Shown here: positions 6,969 to 17,412 of the stretch, piece after piece
Position numbering within the stretch: the stretch's first letter is position 1
Layout of the letters: every line of letters begins with the position of its first letter
NCBI RefSeq assembly: GCF_020073745.1
Contig: NZ_JAIRAU010000047.1
Location: 1 to 29,989 of the forward strand
Length of the DNA stretch: 29,989 nt
Direction of reading: 5' to 3'
Origin: Nannocystis pusilla
GTDB lineage: Bacteria; Myxococcota_A; Polyangia; Nannocystales; Nannocystaceae
The notes under the pieces: model-generated
What the model was told of the DNA's origin: nothing
What the model saw: only the letters and a program-made list of their open reading frames with translations
Databases searched by the model: none
Program-made: the position numbers and the translations under genes

Positions 6969-9494
6969 TCAGTACGAAGCGTTGCGGAACAGCGAGAAGT
7001 GGGTGCGCGTGTAGCCGCCCTCGCTGCCGATCACGACATCGGGGAGATCGTCGTGATCGACGTCTCCGACGGCGAACGAGCGCGGGAGTAACAGCTGATA
7101 GACGAGCGGCTCGCCGAAGCCGCCGCCGGCGAGCCCGGCCCGGGCCACCACCTGGCCGTTGGTCGGCGCGTAGAACACATCCGGCCGCTGGTCGTTGTTG
7201 AAGTCGGCGACGACCATGGTCGACTCGCCGAGGAAGAAGCTCCCGGGGACGTCGACGGGCGGCCCGAAGCTGCCGTCGCCGAGGCCGGGATGGATCGCCA
7301 GACCAGCCGTGACCTGCTGCGAGAACACCGCCAGCATCAGGTCGACGATCCCGTCGTCGGTGAAGTCGCCGGCTTCGACGCGCCACGGCGTCAGCGCGCT
7401 GGGGATCGTCGAGACCTGCGGGCTGAAGCTACCATCGCCCTCGCCCCGGAACAGCACGATCTCCTTTGTTTGATAGCTCGGCGCGGCGGCGTCGAGATCG
7501 CCGTCTCCGTCGAAGTCGGCCACCGCGATGTTGTAAAGGCCCTGACCCGCGGGGATCTGCGCCCCCGGGGTGAGCGCCCCGCTGCCGTCGCCGAGCATCG
7601 GCAAGAGGAAGTCATAGCCGGCGGTGAGCACGTCGAGGTGGCCGTCCTCGTCGAGGTCGGCCACCGCCAGCCGCCACGGGCCGGGATACGACGCCGGCGC
7701 CTCGAAGTGACCGGTGCCGTCCCCGAAGTGGATCACCAGCGTCTTGTCGGGGCCGAGGCCGTGGATCGACGCCAGCAAGTCCAGGTGACCGTCCTCGTCG
7801 ATGTCGGCGGCGATGAGGTCGCGCGGCTCGGCCGTCACCGGCAACGACGGCTCGATCGGGTCGGCGAAGGTGAGGTCGCCGTTGCCGCGAAACACGACGA
7901 TCTCCTCCGAGTCCTCGAACCCGGCGACGACATCGGCGTGCCCGTCCTCGTCGAAGTCGGCGATCACCGACTCGGACGGACGCAGCCCGCCGATCAGCGC
8001 CGGGGCGGCGGTGAAGCGGCCGTCTCCGCGATTCTTGGCCACGCCGAGGCCGGCGCAGCCGAGCATCAGGTCGGCGACCCCGTCGGCGTCGACATCACCG
8101 GCCTCGACCCGATTGCAGCGGGCAGAGTCGTACAGCACCGGCGGCTCGGAGAATGTCCCGTCACCGGCGCCGTAGCGGACGTAGAGCAGCGTGTCGTCGC
8201 CGCTGGTGCTGGCGAGATCGAGGACGCCGTCGCCGTCCCAGTCGCCGACAGCCGCGTGCGCGCCCTCTTTGCCCGTGCGGTAGCGCGCGACGTAATCGAG
8301 CGCGCCGTCGGGTCCACCGAGGAGAACGCCGATGCCCTCGCGATCGACGGCCAGGACGTCGCCGTGCCCGTCGGCGTCGACGTCGGCGACGACGACCTGC
8401 GTGGTGAACTCGACGGCGATACCCCCCATCGGCGGGACGTCGACGACCGGCTGCAGCGCAAAGCCGCCGTCGCCGAGAGACAGCCCGATCTGCACCTTGG
8501 GGTCGTTGGAGTCGTGCAGGAGCACCAGATCGGCGAGGCCGTCGCCGTCGATGTCGCCGCTGCCGAGCCACTTGGTGGCGACGTTGGCCATGAACGACGA
8601 CTCCGGGCCGAAGCCGCCGGCGCCGTCGCCGAGGTGGACGGCCACGCTCGTCGGATCTTTCGCGAGCATCAGGTCGAGGTCGCCGTCATCGTCGATGTCG
8701 GCGAACGTCGGGCCCGTGCGCTGCTTCACCGCGGGGAGAGCCACCGGCGCCTGGAACGTGCCGTCGCCGTTGCCGAGCAGCAGCCGCGCGCCGATGTCGC
8801 TGCTGGTGGTGACGAGGATGTCGAATTGCGCGTCGCCGTTCACGTCGCCGAGCGCGAGGCGCCACACCTGCGGCACGGCGTGGACCTCTCCCGGGGTGTA
8901 ATACCCGTCGGCGCCGGCGAGCACCACGACCACCTCGTTGTCGACCTCGTCGAGCGTGACCGCGTCGGTGCGGCCGTCCCCGTCGAGGTCGGCGACCACG
9001 TATTCGTGGCCGCCGAAGTAGCCCTTCGAATAGGTCTTGATGGCGTCGAAATCGAGCACACCCTGCAGCGGCGGCTCGCCCGTGTCGTCGGTATCGGTGC
9101 CCGTCGTGTCGGTGCCCGTCGTGCCGGTGCCCGTCGTGCCGGTGCCCGTCGTGCCGGTGGTAGACGCGGCCGTCGGGTCGACGCCGCTCGTCGCGGTCGT
9201 ATCGGTCGTATCGGTCGTGTCGGTCGTCTCGTCGGGCCGCGTCGTCGTGGGCGCCGCGGTGGGGTCGCCCGTCGTGCTCGACAGGCTCGCCGAGCCCTGT
9301 GTCGGCGGATCGCCGGCGCTCGTGTCGGACGTGCTCGCGCCGCTGGTGGTCGTCGAGCTCGCCGAGTCCGTCTGTCCTTGACTGGTATCGTCGCCGCACG
9401 CCGCAAACCCGAGGTGCCCGGTCAACAAGGTGAGGGTCGCGCGATCGGTGAACGCGCGTGAGAAGCGAGCAGGATGGACCACGCGCGCCAACAT
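6969..9494 (-). CDS. FG-GAP repeat (integrin-alpha-like beta-propeller) lipoprotein with a Thr/Ser/Asp-rich linker, 841 aa.
   Basis: It has at least 14 copies of the D-x-D/N-x-D-G-x-x-D calcium-binding FG-GAP motif (DLDGDGRTD, DVNGDAQFD, DIDDDGDLD, DIDEDGHLD and others). The N-terminus ..LTGHLGFAACGDD is lipoprotein-like. Confidence 0.8.
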   Translation of the reverse strand: MLARVVHPARFSRAFTDRATLTLLTGHLGFAACGDDTSQGQTDSASSTTTSGASTSDTSAGDPPTQGSASLSSTTGDPTAAPTTTRPDETTDTTDTTDTTATSGVDPTAASTTGTTGTGTTGTGTTGTDTTGTDTDDTGEPPLQGVLDFDAIKTYSKGYFGGHEYVVADLDGDGRTDAVTLDEVDNEVVVVLAGADGYYTPGEVHAVPQVWRLALGDVNGDAQFDILVTTSSDIGARLLLGNGDGTFQAPVALPAVKQRTGPTFADIDDDGDLDLMLAKDPTSVAVHLGDGAGGFGPESSFMANVATKWLGSGDIDGDGLADLVLLHDSNDPKVQIGLSLGDGGFALQPVVDVPPMGGIAVEFTTQVVVADVDADGHGDVLAVDREGIGVLLGGPDGALDYVARYRTGKEGAHAAVGDWDGDGVLDLASTSGDDTLLYVRYGAGDGTFSEPPVLYDSARCNRVEAGDVDADGVADLMLGCAGLGVAKNRGDGRFTAAPALIGGLRPSESVIADFDEDGHADVVAGFEDSEEIVVFRGNGDLTFADPIEPSLPVTAEPRDLIAADIDEDGHLDLLASIHGLGPDKTLVIHFGDGTGHFEAPASYPGPWRLAVADLDEDGHLDVLTAGYDFLLPMLGDGSGALTPGAQIPAGQGLYNIAVADFDGDGDLDAAAPSYQTKEIVLFRGEGDGSFSPQVSTIPSALTPWRVEAGDFTDDGIVDLMLAVFSQQVTAGLAIHPGLGDGSFGPPVDVPGSFFLGESTMVVADFNNDQRPDVFYAPTNGQVVARAGLAGGGFGEPLVYQLLLPRSFAVGDVDHDDLPDVVIGSEGGYTRTHFSLFRNASY

Positions 9495-9602
9495 ACCATA
9501 CGCCCGTGCGGCCGCGAATCGGTGGACGTGCGCACGCCCGGCTCTCCCCGACGCGGCGCCGACCTCCTGGCGTTTTCAGCCCCGCTGCCCTAGCGTCTCG
9601 TC

Positions 9603-10877
9603 GTGGACCCGCGTCCCCTGCTCGAAGATCTCGCGCGATCGTACCGCGCTGCCGGCCCCGAGGTCGACGGCGAGCTGTACGACAACCGCCTGATCCGCGG
9701 CGACAACCTGCCCGCCCTGCTCGCGCTCGAGCCCGAGTTCGCCGGCAAGATCCGCTGCGTCTACATCGATCCGCCGTACAACACCGGCCGCGCCTTCGCC
9801 CACTACGACGACGGGGTCGAGCACGCCCGCTGGCTCGCCGACATCCGCGCGCGCCTCGAGGTGTTGCGCCGCCTGCTCGCCGCCGACGGCACCCTGTTCG
9901 TGCACATCGACGACAACGAGCTCGGCTACCTCATCGTCCTGCTCGACGAGGTGTTCGGGCGCGCCAACCGGGCCTCGGTCGTCACCTTCAAGCAAGGCGC
10001 GCCGACCGGCCACAAGGCGATCAACCCCGGCTGCGTCACCACCTCCAACTTCGTCCTCGTCTACGCGAAGGACCGCGCGCGCTGGAGCCCGCCGCGGCTG
10101 TTCACCGCCCGCGAGCGCGACCCACGCTACGCGCAGTTCATCGTCAATCGCGGCGAGCCGCACGAGGCGTGGCGGATCGTCACCCTGCTGCGGGCCTTCG
10201 CCGACGCCGAGGGCCTGGGCGAGCGGGCGGCCCGGCAGCTCGCGCGCGACGAGCCCGCGCGGCTCGACCGCTTCGTCCTCGACCACGCCGACGCCGTCGT
10301 CCGCCTCGCGCGGCCCGACTACAACGCCGTCAGCGCCGCCGCGCGGGCCATGATCGACCGCTCGAAGGCCGCGCCCGGGCAGGTCCTCCGGCTGGAGCGC
10401 GACGACCACGACGACTTCTACTTCGTCCGCGGCGAGCGGATCCTCTTCTACGCCGCCAAGCTCAAGCACATCGACGGCGAGCGGGTCGCCGGCGAGCCGC
10501 TCACCACCATCTGGGACGACCTGCTGTCCAACAACCTGCACAACGAGGGCGGCGTCGCCTTCCCCAAGGGCAAGAAGCCCGAGGCCCTGCTGAAGCGCGT
10601 GCTCGAGCTGTCGACCCGCCCCGGCGACTGGGTCCTCGACGTCTACGCCGGCTCGGGCACCACCGGCGCCGTCGCCCACAAGCTGCGGCGGCGGTGGATC
10701 CTCGTCGAGCGCGGCGACCACTGCGACGGCCTCGTCGCCGCCCGCCTGCGCGCCGTCGTCGACGGGCGCGACCCCAGCGGCGTCACCGCGGCGGTCGGCT
10801 GGCGCGGCGGCGGCGGCTTCCGCTACTTCCGCGTCGCGGATGTCGTTTCAGACATGTCCTCGGAGCCATGTCCATGA
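9603..10877 (+). CDS. Site-specific DNA methyltransferase, beta-class (N6-adenine or N4-cytosine; Type III Mod-like), apparently orphan.
   Basis: Motif IV VYIDPPYN precedes motif I VLDVYAGSGTTGAVAHKLRRRWILVE, with a KPEALLKRVLELS helix. The GTG start at 9603 is the first start after the stop at 9591. No restriction or helicase gene is adjacent. Confidence 0.85.
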   Translation: MDPRPLLEDLARSYRAAGPEVDGELYDNRLIRGDNLPALLALEPEFAGKIRCVYIDPPYNTGRAFAHYDDGVEHARWLADIRARLEVLRRLLAADGTLFVHIDDNELGYLIVLLDEVFGRANRASVVTFKQGAPTGHKAINPGCVTTSNFVLVYAKDRARWSPPRLFTARERDPRYAQFIVNRGEPHEAWRIVTLLRAFADAEGLGERAARQLARDEPARLDRFVLDHADAVVRLARPDYNAVSAAARAMIDRSKAAPGQVLRLERDDHDDFYFVRGERILFYAAKLKHIDGERVAGEPLTTIWDDLLSNNLHNEGGVAFPKGKKPEALLKRVLELSTRPGDWVLDVYAGSGTTGAVAHKLRRRWILVERGDHCDGLVAARLRAVVDGRDPSGVTAAVGWRGGGGFRYFRVADVVSDMSSEPCP

Positions 10878-10912
10878 GCACAGGTTCTCGGGGGCATGTC
10901 CCTTCAGCCACT
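10850..10912. repeat. Repeat cluster AGACATGTCC (10850-10859), GCCATGTCC (10866-10874), GGGGCATGTCCC (10891-10902).
   Basis: It spans the convergent junction and provides the last ~10 codons and stop of the methyltransferase, and the stop of the minus-strand gene. Confidence 0.7.
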
Positions 10913-11529
10913 CAACACGGCTCGGACGCGCCGACCTCGCCCCACTCCGCGGCGCACGGCGTGCTGCCCGGGTTGTAGGCGTCGGGGTTCCACTCGCCGC
11001 AGTCGAGCTCCGACATGCAGGCCCCGAAGCCGTCGAGCGCGGCCTTGCGCGACGGGCAGTCGCCCCAGTAGTCGTAGGTCGCCTGCAGGCACTCCTGCTG
11101 GTCGCCGTAGTAGGTCCCGCCGCACTCCTTGTAGCGGCGGCAGAACGCGTCCATGCCGTCCTCTCCGGGCAGCACGCCCGGCCCGTCGGTCGGCGCCGGC
11201 TCGGTCGTCGCCGTGCTCGTCGTGTCGGCGCCCATCGTCGTGCCGAGCGTCGGCTCGCCCGACGTCGGCGCGGTCTCGGTGCCGTCGCCCTCGGTCGCGC
11301 CGCTCGTGTCGGTGGCCGGGCCGCTGTCGTCGGTCGCGGTGGCGTCGGCGGTGTCGTCGCTGGCGTTGCCGGAGTTGCTGGCGTTGCTGCCGTTCGACGC
11401 GGCCGTCGGGTTGGCCGACGCCGCCGTCACATTCGTCGCGGAGTCGAGCGGGTCCTTGTCGTCGGAGCAGGCCAGGCCCAGGCACGCGGCCAGAGCGATG
11501 ATCGGGGGGTACAGGTCACGGAGGGTCAC
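10912..11529 (-). CDS. Secreted lipoprotein with an Asp/Thr/Ser/Asn-rich linker and a C-terminal 8-Cys domain.
   Basis: The GTG start at 11529 gives MTLRDLYPPIIALAAC (lipobox LAAC). The C-terminus is FCRRYKECGG..CLQATYDYWGDCP..CMSELDCGEW..PCAAEWG. An AT-richer promoter region lies upstream at 11535-11600. Confidence 0.6.
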   Translation of the reverse strand: MTLRDLYPPIIALAACLGLACSDDKDPLDSATNVTAASANPTAASNGSNASNSGNASDDTADATATDDSGPATDTSGATEGDGTETAPTSGEPTLGTTMGADTTSTATTEPAPTDGPGVLPGEDGMDAFCRRYKECGGTYYGDQQECLQATYDYWGDCPSRKAALDGFGACMSELDCGEWNPDAYNPGSTPCAAEWGEVGASEPC

Positions 11530-11621
11530 GCGGCGCGGAACATAGGAAAACAGCGCCTGCTTTTCCAGCCGCGCAATACACGCTTTCGCCTGTGCCACTG
11601 GCCGCGAACGATTCGCTCCGC

Positions 11622-12263
11622 TCACCACGACCACGGCGGGTCGTCGCCGACGATCACCACGTCGGCCGGGCGGCGCGCGAACAGCCCCACGCTCACCACC
11701 CCGGCGATCTGATCGATCGCCGACTCGAGCGCCTCCGGCTCGTCGATCACGAGCCCGTGGACGTCGAGGATCCACCCGCCGTTGTCGGTCACCACGTCCT
11801 CGCGCCACACGGGGGTGCCGCCGGTCATGCGGGCGATCGTGCGGGCCACCAGCTCGCGCGCCATCGGGATCACCTCGACCGGCAGCGGGGACCGTCCCAG
11901 CCGCTCGACGCGCTTGCTCGGGTCGACGATGCACACGAACCGCTCCGACGCCGCCGCCACGATCTTCTCGCGGGTCAGCGCCGCGCCGCCGCCCTTGACC
12001 AGGCGGCGGCGTGGGTCGCACGCGTCGGCGCCGTCGACGTACAGCGGCAGCGTCCCGGTCGCGTTGAGGTCGAGCACCGCGATCCCGCGCGCGCGCAGGC
12101 GGGCGGCCGTCTGCTCGGAGCTGGCGACCGCGCCGGCGATCCGCGCCGCCGGCAGCGCGTCGATGAAGTGGGCCACCGTCGAGCCGGTGCCCACCCCGAT
12201 GACTGTCCCTGCGGACACGTGAGCCAGCGCCGCCGCTGCCGCTCGCTGCTTCGCGTCCGTCAT
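11622..12263 (-). CDS. rpiA: Ribose-5-phosphate isomerase A.
   Basis: The full-length RpiA signature is present ([43 protein letters not shown]). Confidence 0.9.
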   Translation of the reverse strand: MTDAKQRAAAAALAHVSAGTVIGVGTGSTVAHFIDALPAARIAGAVASSEQTAARLRARGIAVLDLNATGTLPLYVDGADACDPRRRLVKGGGAALTREKIVAAASERFVCIVDPSKRVERLGRSPLPVEVIPMARELVARTIARMTGGTPVWREDVVTDNGGWILDVHGLVIDEPEALESAIDQIAGVVSVGLFARRPADVVIVGDDPPWSW

Positions 12264-12270
12264 CGGCGGC

Positions 12271-13446
<1,176 letters not shown>

Positions 13447-13633
13447 GGACGGCAGAATAACCCGCCGACGCCTGCATGCGGGGCGGTCGGCGCCGGTCGC
13501 ACCGGAGGTCTCTCATCGCCTCCGACCTCGGGCCCGCGCGCGCGGGCGGCGGACCCGACGTGCGTCGACGCGCGCCGCCGGGACCTCGTGCCCTGTCCGG
13601 ACTCATGCACAGCGCTGGTAGCCTGCGGTCGCC

Positions 13634-14500
13634 TTGACCACGGCAGTCGAAGATACCCTCCCTCCGCCGGCCACTGACTCGCCCGCCATCGGCGGTCTCA
13701 TGTGGAGTCACGTGATTGGCGCCGGCCTCATGCACCTGGCGTGCGTCGCGGCCCCGTTCACCTTCTCGTGGAGCGGCCTCGGGGTCGCGCTCTTCTTCTG
13801 GTGGCTCGCCGGCGGCGTCGGCATCTGCCTCGGCTATCACCGCCTGCTGTGCCACCGCAGCTTCCGCGTCTCGCCGTGGCTCGCCCGCGCCATCACCCTG
13901 TTCGGCACCCTGAGCTGGCAAGGCAGCCCGGTGCTGTGGGTCGGCAAGCACCGCCTGCATCACCGCTGGTCCGATCAAGAGCACGACCCCCACTCGCCGC
14001 GGCGCGGCCTGCTGTGGGCCCACATGTTGTGGGTCTTCATGCGCGCCGACGAGGACGCCGAGCGCGCGTTCGCCCGCGACCTCCTGCGCGACCCGGTCAT
14101 GCGGTGGTTCGACCGCTGGCACTACATCCCGCAGTTCGTGCTCGCCGTCCTCCTCTACGGCGTCGGCGAGGCGTGGTTCGGCCAGGGCTGGAGCTGGGTC
14201 GTATGGGGCGTCCCGGTGCGCCTCGTTTTCACGTATCACGCCACCTGGCTCGTCAACTCGGCCGCGCACCGCTGGGGTTACCGCAATTACGAGACCCGCG
14301 ACGACTCGCGCAACAATTGGTGGGTGGCCGTTTTGACCTTCGGCGAGGGCTGGCACAACAATCACCACGCTCACCAGCGCGCCGCGGCGCACGGCCGGCG
14401 ATGGTTCGAGGTCGACCCGACCTACCTCCTGATCCGCGCCCTCGCCCTCGTCGGCCTCGCGCGCGACATCGTCGACCCGCGCGAGCCGCTGAACTCCTGA
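13634..14500 (+). CDS. Acyl-lipid/acyl-CoA delta-9 fatty-acid desaturase (stearoyl-CoA desaturase family).
   Basis: Three His boxes are present (HRLLCH, HRLHH/HRWSD, HNNHH) with hydrophobic TM segments. The TTG start at 13634 is upstream-most; the ATG at 13700 (MWSHVIG) is an alternative. Confidence 0.85.
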   Translation: MTTAVEDTLPPPATDSPAIGGLMWSHVIGAGLMHLACVAAPFTFSWSGLGVALFFWWLAGGVGICLGYHRLLCHRSFRVSPWLARAITLFGTLSWQGSPVLWVGKHRLHHRWSDQEHDPHSPRRGLLWAHMLWVFMRADEDAERAFARDLLRDPVMRWFDRWHYIPQFVLAVLLYGVGEAWFGQGWSWVVWGVPVRLVFTYHATWLVNSAAHRWGYRNYETRDDSRNNWWVAVLTFGEGWHNNHHAHQRAAAHGRRWFEVDPTYLLIRALALVGLARDIVDPREPLNS

Positions 14501-14520
14501 GCCCAGCGCTCGCGCCTGCA

Positions 14521-14546
14521 CGGACATGTCCCCGGGGACATGTCCG
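14521..14546. repeat. Perfect 26-bp palindrome CGGACATGTCCCCGGGGACATGTCCG, containing two GGACATGTCC decamers.
   Basis: It is directly visible and lies between the convergent stops at 14500 and 14565. Confidence 0.9.
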
Positions 14547-14564
14547 AATCAACACGCGACGCCA

Positions 14565-15692
14565 CTACAGCCCCGCGGCGGACGCCATGGCGGCCGCCGT
14601 CGCCTTCATCACGTCGGCGGCGAACACCGCGTCGAGCCTGTCCGGCGTGTCGAGCCCGCTCGTGCAGTGATAACCCGGGTAGCGGAACACCCCGGTGTCG
14701 AACACGTGCAGCGCCGGGATGTCCCGCTCCCAGAAGCTGCGGTGGTCCGACAGCGTCAGCACCCCGAAGTCGTCCTCGTCGAGCTTCTCCGCGGCCGTCA
14801 GCGCCATCACCCCCGTCAGTCGGCCGAGGCTCTCCGCCAGCCCCTCGAGCTCGCGCGCGAACGCCTCCGCCGGCCCGTCGGCGACCACGGCGATGAAGTT
14901 GGCGCGCCCGCGGTTGGCCACCAGCTCCGCCTGCAGCTCGGGGAAGCGCTCCGCCAGCGGCCCCGGGAACACCTGTGAATCGTCCGCCTCGCTCGCCACC
15001 CCGATCATGTCGAAGTTGAACGCGACCACCGGCATCGGCCCCGTCAGCCCCTGCGCGAACGCCCGCGACCCGCGGAGGCCCAGCTCTTCCTCGTCCCAGC
15101 AGGCCACCACCACCGTGCGTGGCAGCGCCGCCTGGCCGAGCACGCGGGCCACCTCGAGCGCGCCCGCCACCCCGCTCGCGTTGTCGTCCGCGCCCGGGCA
15201 CCCGCCGATGTGATCGTAGTGCGCCGCCAGCAGCACCACCTCGTCGGGCGAGGTCGTCCCGGGCAGCGTCCCGACCACGTTGACCCCGCTGGCGTACGCC
15301 TGCCGCTGCACCGTGAACCCCGCCTGCTCGAGCGCCGCCGCGCAGCGGTCCTGCACCATCTGCCAGTGCGGCGAGCCGGGCGGACGCGAGTGAGCGATGA
15401 GCGCCACGTCCTCGCTCCAGCGCCTCGTCTCGACGCACCCCATCAACGCCTCCGGCGTGTCGTGGCCACAACCGCCGCCGTCCGGCGCCGCCCCCGTGGT
15501 GGTCACCGGCTCCGGACTCTGCCCCGAGGTCGACGTCGTGCTCGTCGACCCGCCCGTCGAGCTCGTGCTGCTCGACCCGCCCGACTCGCTCGCCGTCGCC
15601 GCCTCGTCGCTCGCCGCCGGCGTCGGACACGCGCACAGCCCGAGCCACACCACCCCGAGGACCCGTCGGCTCGCTCGCATCCGGCTCACCAT
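14565..15692 (-). CDS. M28-family zinc aminopeptidase, secreted/lipoprotein.
   Basis: HYDHIG, GADDNASGVAG, WDEEELGLRGS and SDHRSFW are M28 metal-ligand motifs. The signal MRASRRVLGVVWLGLCAC is present. The start is at 15692 or 15680. Confidence 0.85.
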   Translation of the reverse strand: MVSRMRASRRVLGVVWLGLCACPTPAASDEAATASESGGSSSTSSTGGSTSTTSTSGQSPEPVTTTGAAPDGGGCGHDTPEALMGCVETRRWSEDVALIAHSRPPGSPHWQMVQDRCAAALEQAGFTVQRQAYASGVNVVGTLPGTTSPDEVVLLAAHYDHIGGCPGADDNASGVAGALEVARVLGQAALPRTVVVACWDEEELGLRGSRAFAQGLTGPMPVVAFNFDMIGVASEADDSQVFPGPLAERFPELQAELVANRGRANFIAVVADGPAEAFARELEGLAESLGRLTGVMALTAAEKLDEDDFGVLTLSDHRSFWERDIPALHVFDTGVFRYPGYHCTSGLDTPDRLDAVFAADVMKATAAAMASAAGL

Positions 15693-15740
15693 AGCACCGC
15701 GGTCGCGGATGGCCGGTAGATCACGCGCCGTCGATGGCCT

Positions 15741-16196
15741 ATGACAGGTGCCATGCCGCACCCCCTCACCGAACTCGCTGGCTCATGGACCGGCCCCGCG
15801 CGCACCTGGCTCGGCCCCGAACCCGAGGTCAGCACCTGGCGCGTCGAGATCGAGTCGCTGCTCGACGGCCGCTACGCGCGCCTCCGCTACGAGGGCGTGT
15901 GCGCCGGCAAGCCGCACCGCGGCGAGATGACCCTCGGGGTCGACGACCACGAGCACACCATGTACTGGATCGACACCTTCCACACCGGCGCCTCCGCCCT
16001 GTGGTCGACCGGGCCCGCGGGCCCCGCCATCTCGGTCCTCGGCAGCTACCGCGCCGGCCCCGAGCGCTGGGGCTGGCGCACCGCCCTCCGCCGCGACGGC
16101 GACCTCCTCGTGATCGAGGCCACCAACATCCACCCCAACGGCCACGAGGACCGCGCGATCGAGGTCCGCCTCACCCGCGCCGCCGCGGCTGCCTGA
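15741..16196 (+). CDS. Hypothetical protein, 151 aa (DUF1579-like by eye).
   Basis: GC3 is good and an ATG lies at 15741 (alternative at 15753). It is divergent from the peptidase. Confidence 0.55.
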   Translation: MTGAMPHPLTELAGSWTGPARTWLGPEPEVSTWRVEIESLLDGRYARLRYEGVCAGKPHRGEMTLGVDDHEHTMYWIDTFHTGASALWSTGPAGPAISVLGSYRAGPERWGWRTALRRDGDLLVIEATNIHPNGHEDRAIEVRLTRAAAAA

Positions 16197-16198
16197 TC

Positions 16199-16252
16199 GA
16201 CCATGCCCCGGAGGGCATGCCCGAACGAACATGCCCTTTCAAGCATGCCTCA
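16199..16252. repeat. Four decamers: GACCATGCCCC, GGGCATGCCC (16213-16222), GAACATGCCC (16227-16236), AAGCATGCCT (16241-16250).
   Basis: It lies between the convergent stops at 16196 and 16250. Confidence 0.7.
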
Positions 16253-17380
16253 AGGGCAAGCCACGACCTGCACCTCGTAGCTGAACGGCTGGGGCACCCC
16301 GTCCACCTGCACCGTGTAGGTCTTGCCGGCCTCGCTGACCCAGCCCTGCGGCGTCATGGCGATCGCGCTGCTCGAGCCGAACCCGCCCTGCAGGGTCGTC
16401 AGCTTGACCGGCTTCTCGACCCCGTTCTCGCGGATCGTCACCTGGGCCGCGCCGACGTCGATCTCGTCGCTCTGGATCGTCCACCCCGTCTCGTCGACGT
16501 CGGCCCACGGCACCTCGGGCACGTGGATGGCCGCCAGCGGCACGATCCCCGGGGGCGGCCACGCCGTCCACTCGGCGCCCGCGCCGGCCTGGCCGCCGAT
16601 CACCCACATGCACGAGTTGACCGACGTCGAGCCGAGCCCGATCGGCCCCAGCGACCGCGAGAGGATCCACCGCCGGTGGCCGAACGTCGTCGCGTTGCCC
16701 GGGTCGACCATGTAGAGGTCGACCGCGACCACCCCGGGCGTCGCCGAGATGTTGCTGTTCATCGCCGCCTGCGCCCCCTCGGCCGTGTAGCAGGCCCACA
16801 TCACGTCCGGGTCGTGCGACAGCATCCCCTCGGCGTGCATCATCAGCGCGCACTGCTGCGCCTTCGCGTTCAGCCCGGCGTCGTGGCCGACCGGCGGCAG
16901 CCCGGCCAGCCAGCGGTACAGGTTGACCAGCCGCAGCGCGTTGTCGCGGCCGGGCGCCCCGGTGTCGCCGGCCGTGCAGCCCGCCACCGCCCCGCTCCAT
17001 GTCCCCTCGGACATGTCCGATCGGTCCGCCGCCCAGCGCTCGCACACCGCCGCGACCGGGTCGACCGGCTCGCCCGTGGTCTCGCCCGCCGTGCCGGTGC
17101 TGTCCGGCGGCCCGGTGTCGATCGGCCCCGTCGACGTCGACGGCGCGTCCGGCCCCGTGGCGGTCGGCTCCGGCAAGCTCGTGGCGGTCGGCGCCGGCGC
17201 GTCGCCCGTGCTCGTCGTCGCCGCCGTCGTCGTCGGCCCGCTCGCCGCCGTCGCCTCGCTCGCCGCCGTCGCCGTCGAATCTGTACTTTCGGCCATCCCC
17301 GATCCGCGGTAGCAGCTCACCACGAACACGGACGCGAGCGCGACGGCCGCGCGACGATCGACACGACGAGACGGCGACAT
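16250..17380 (-). CDS. CAP/SCP (cysteine-rich secretory protein / PR-1-like) domain lipoprotein with a Thr/Ala/Pro-rich linker and a C-terminal beta domain.
   Basis: The ATG at 17380 gives MSPSRRVDRRAAVALASVFVVSC (lipobox). The CAP core is NALRLVNLYRWLAGLPPV..AQQCALMMHAEGMLSHD. Confidence 0.8.
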   Translation of the reverse strand: MSPSRRVDRRAAVALASVFVVSCYRGSGMAESTDSTATAASEATAASGPTTTAATTSTGDAPAPTATSLPEPTATGPDAPSTSTGPIDTGPPDSTGTAGETTGEPVDPVAAVCERWAADRSDMSEGTWSGAVAGCTAGDTGAPGRDNALRLVNLYRWLAGLPPVGHDAGLNAKAQQCALMMHAEGMLSHDPDVMWACYTAEGAQAAMNSNISATPGVVAVDLYMVDPGNATTFGHRRWILSRSLGPIGLGSTSVNSCMWVIGGQAGAGAEWTAWPPPGIVPLAAIHVPEVPWADVDETGWTIQSDEIDVGAAQVTIRENGVEKPVKLTTLQGGFGSSSAIAMTPQGWVSEAGKTYTVQVDGVPQPFSYEVQVVACP

Positions 17381-17412
17381 CTCGCCCCGAATACGACCGG
17401 CCGGCGCGCCCG

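Noticed and set aside
9603-10877. A restriction-modification system around the methyltransferase.
   Set aside because: There is no restriction endonuclease, helicase or specificity gene within reach. The neighbours are secreted proteins on the opposite or unrelated strands. It is called as an orphan methyltransferase.
11535-11600. The AT-richer stretch between rpiA and the Cys-rich lipoprotein gene, considered as a possible small RNA or mobile-element remnant.
   Set aside because: It is more simply the promoter region of the downstream minus-strand gene. There are no repeats or structure beyond a modest drop in GC.
13634-13699. The N-terminal 22 codons of the desaturase ORF (TTG start) considered as firm coding sequence.
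   Set aside because: GC3 is only moderate there. The ATG at 13700 is an equally plausible start. I keep the longer coordinates but flag the uncertainty rather than claim the extension.
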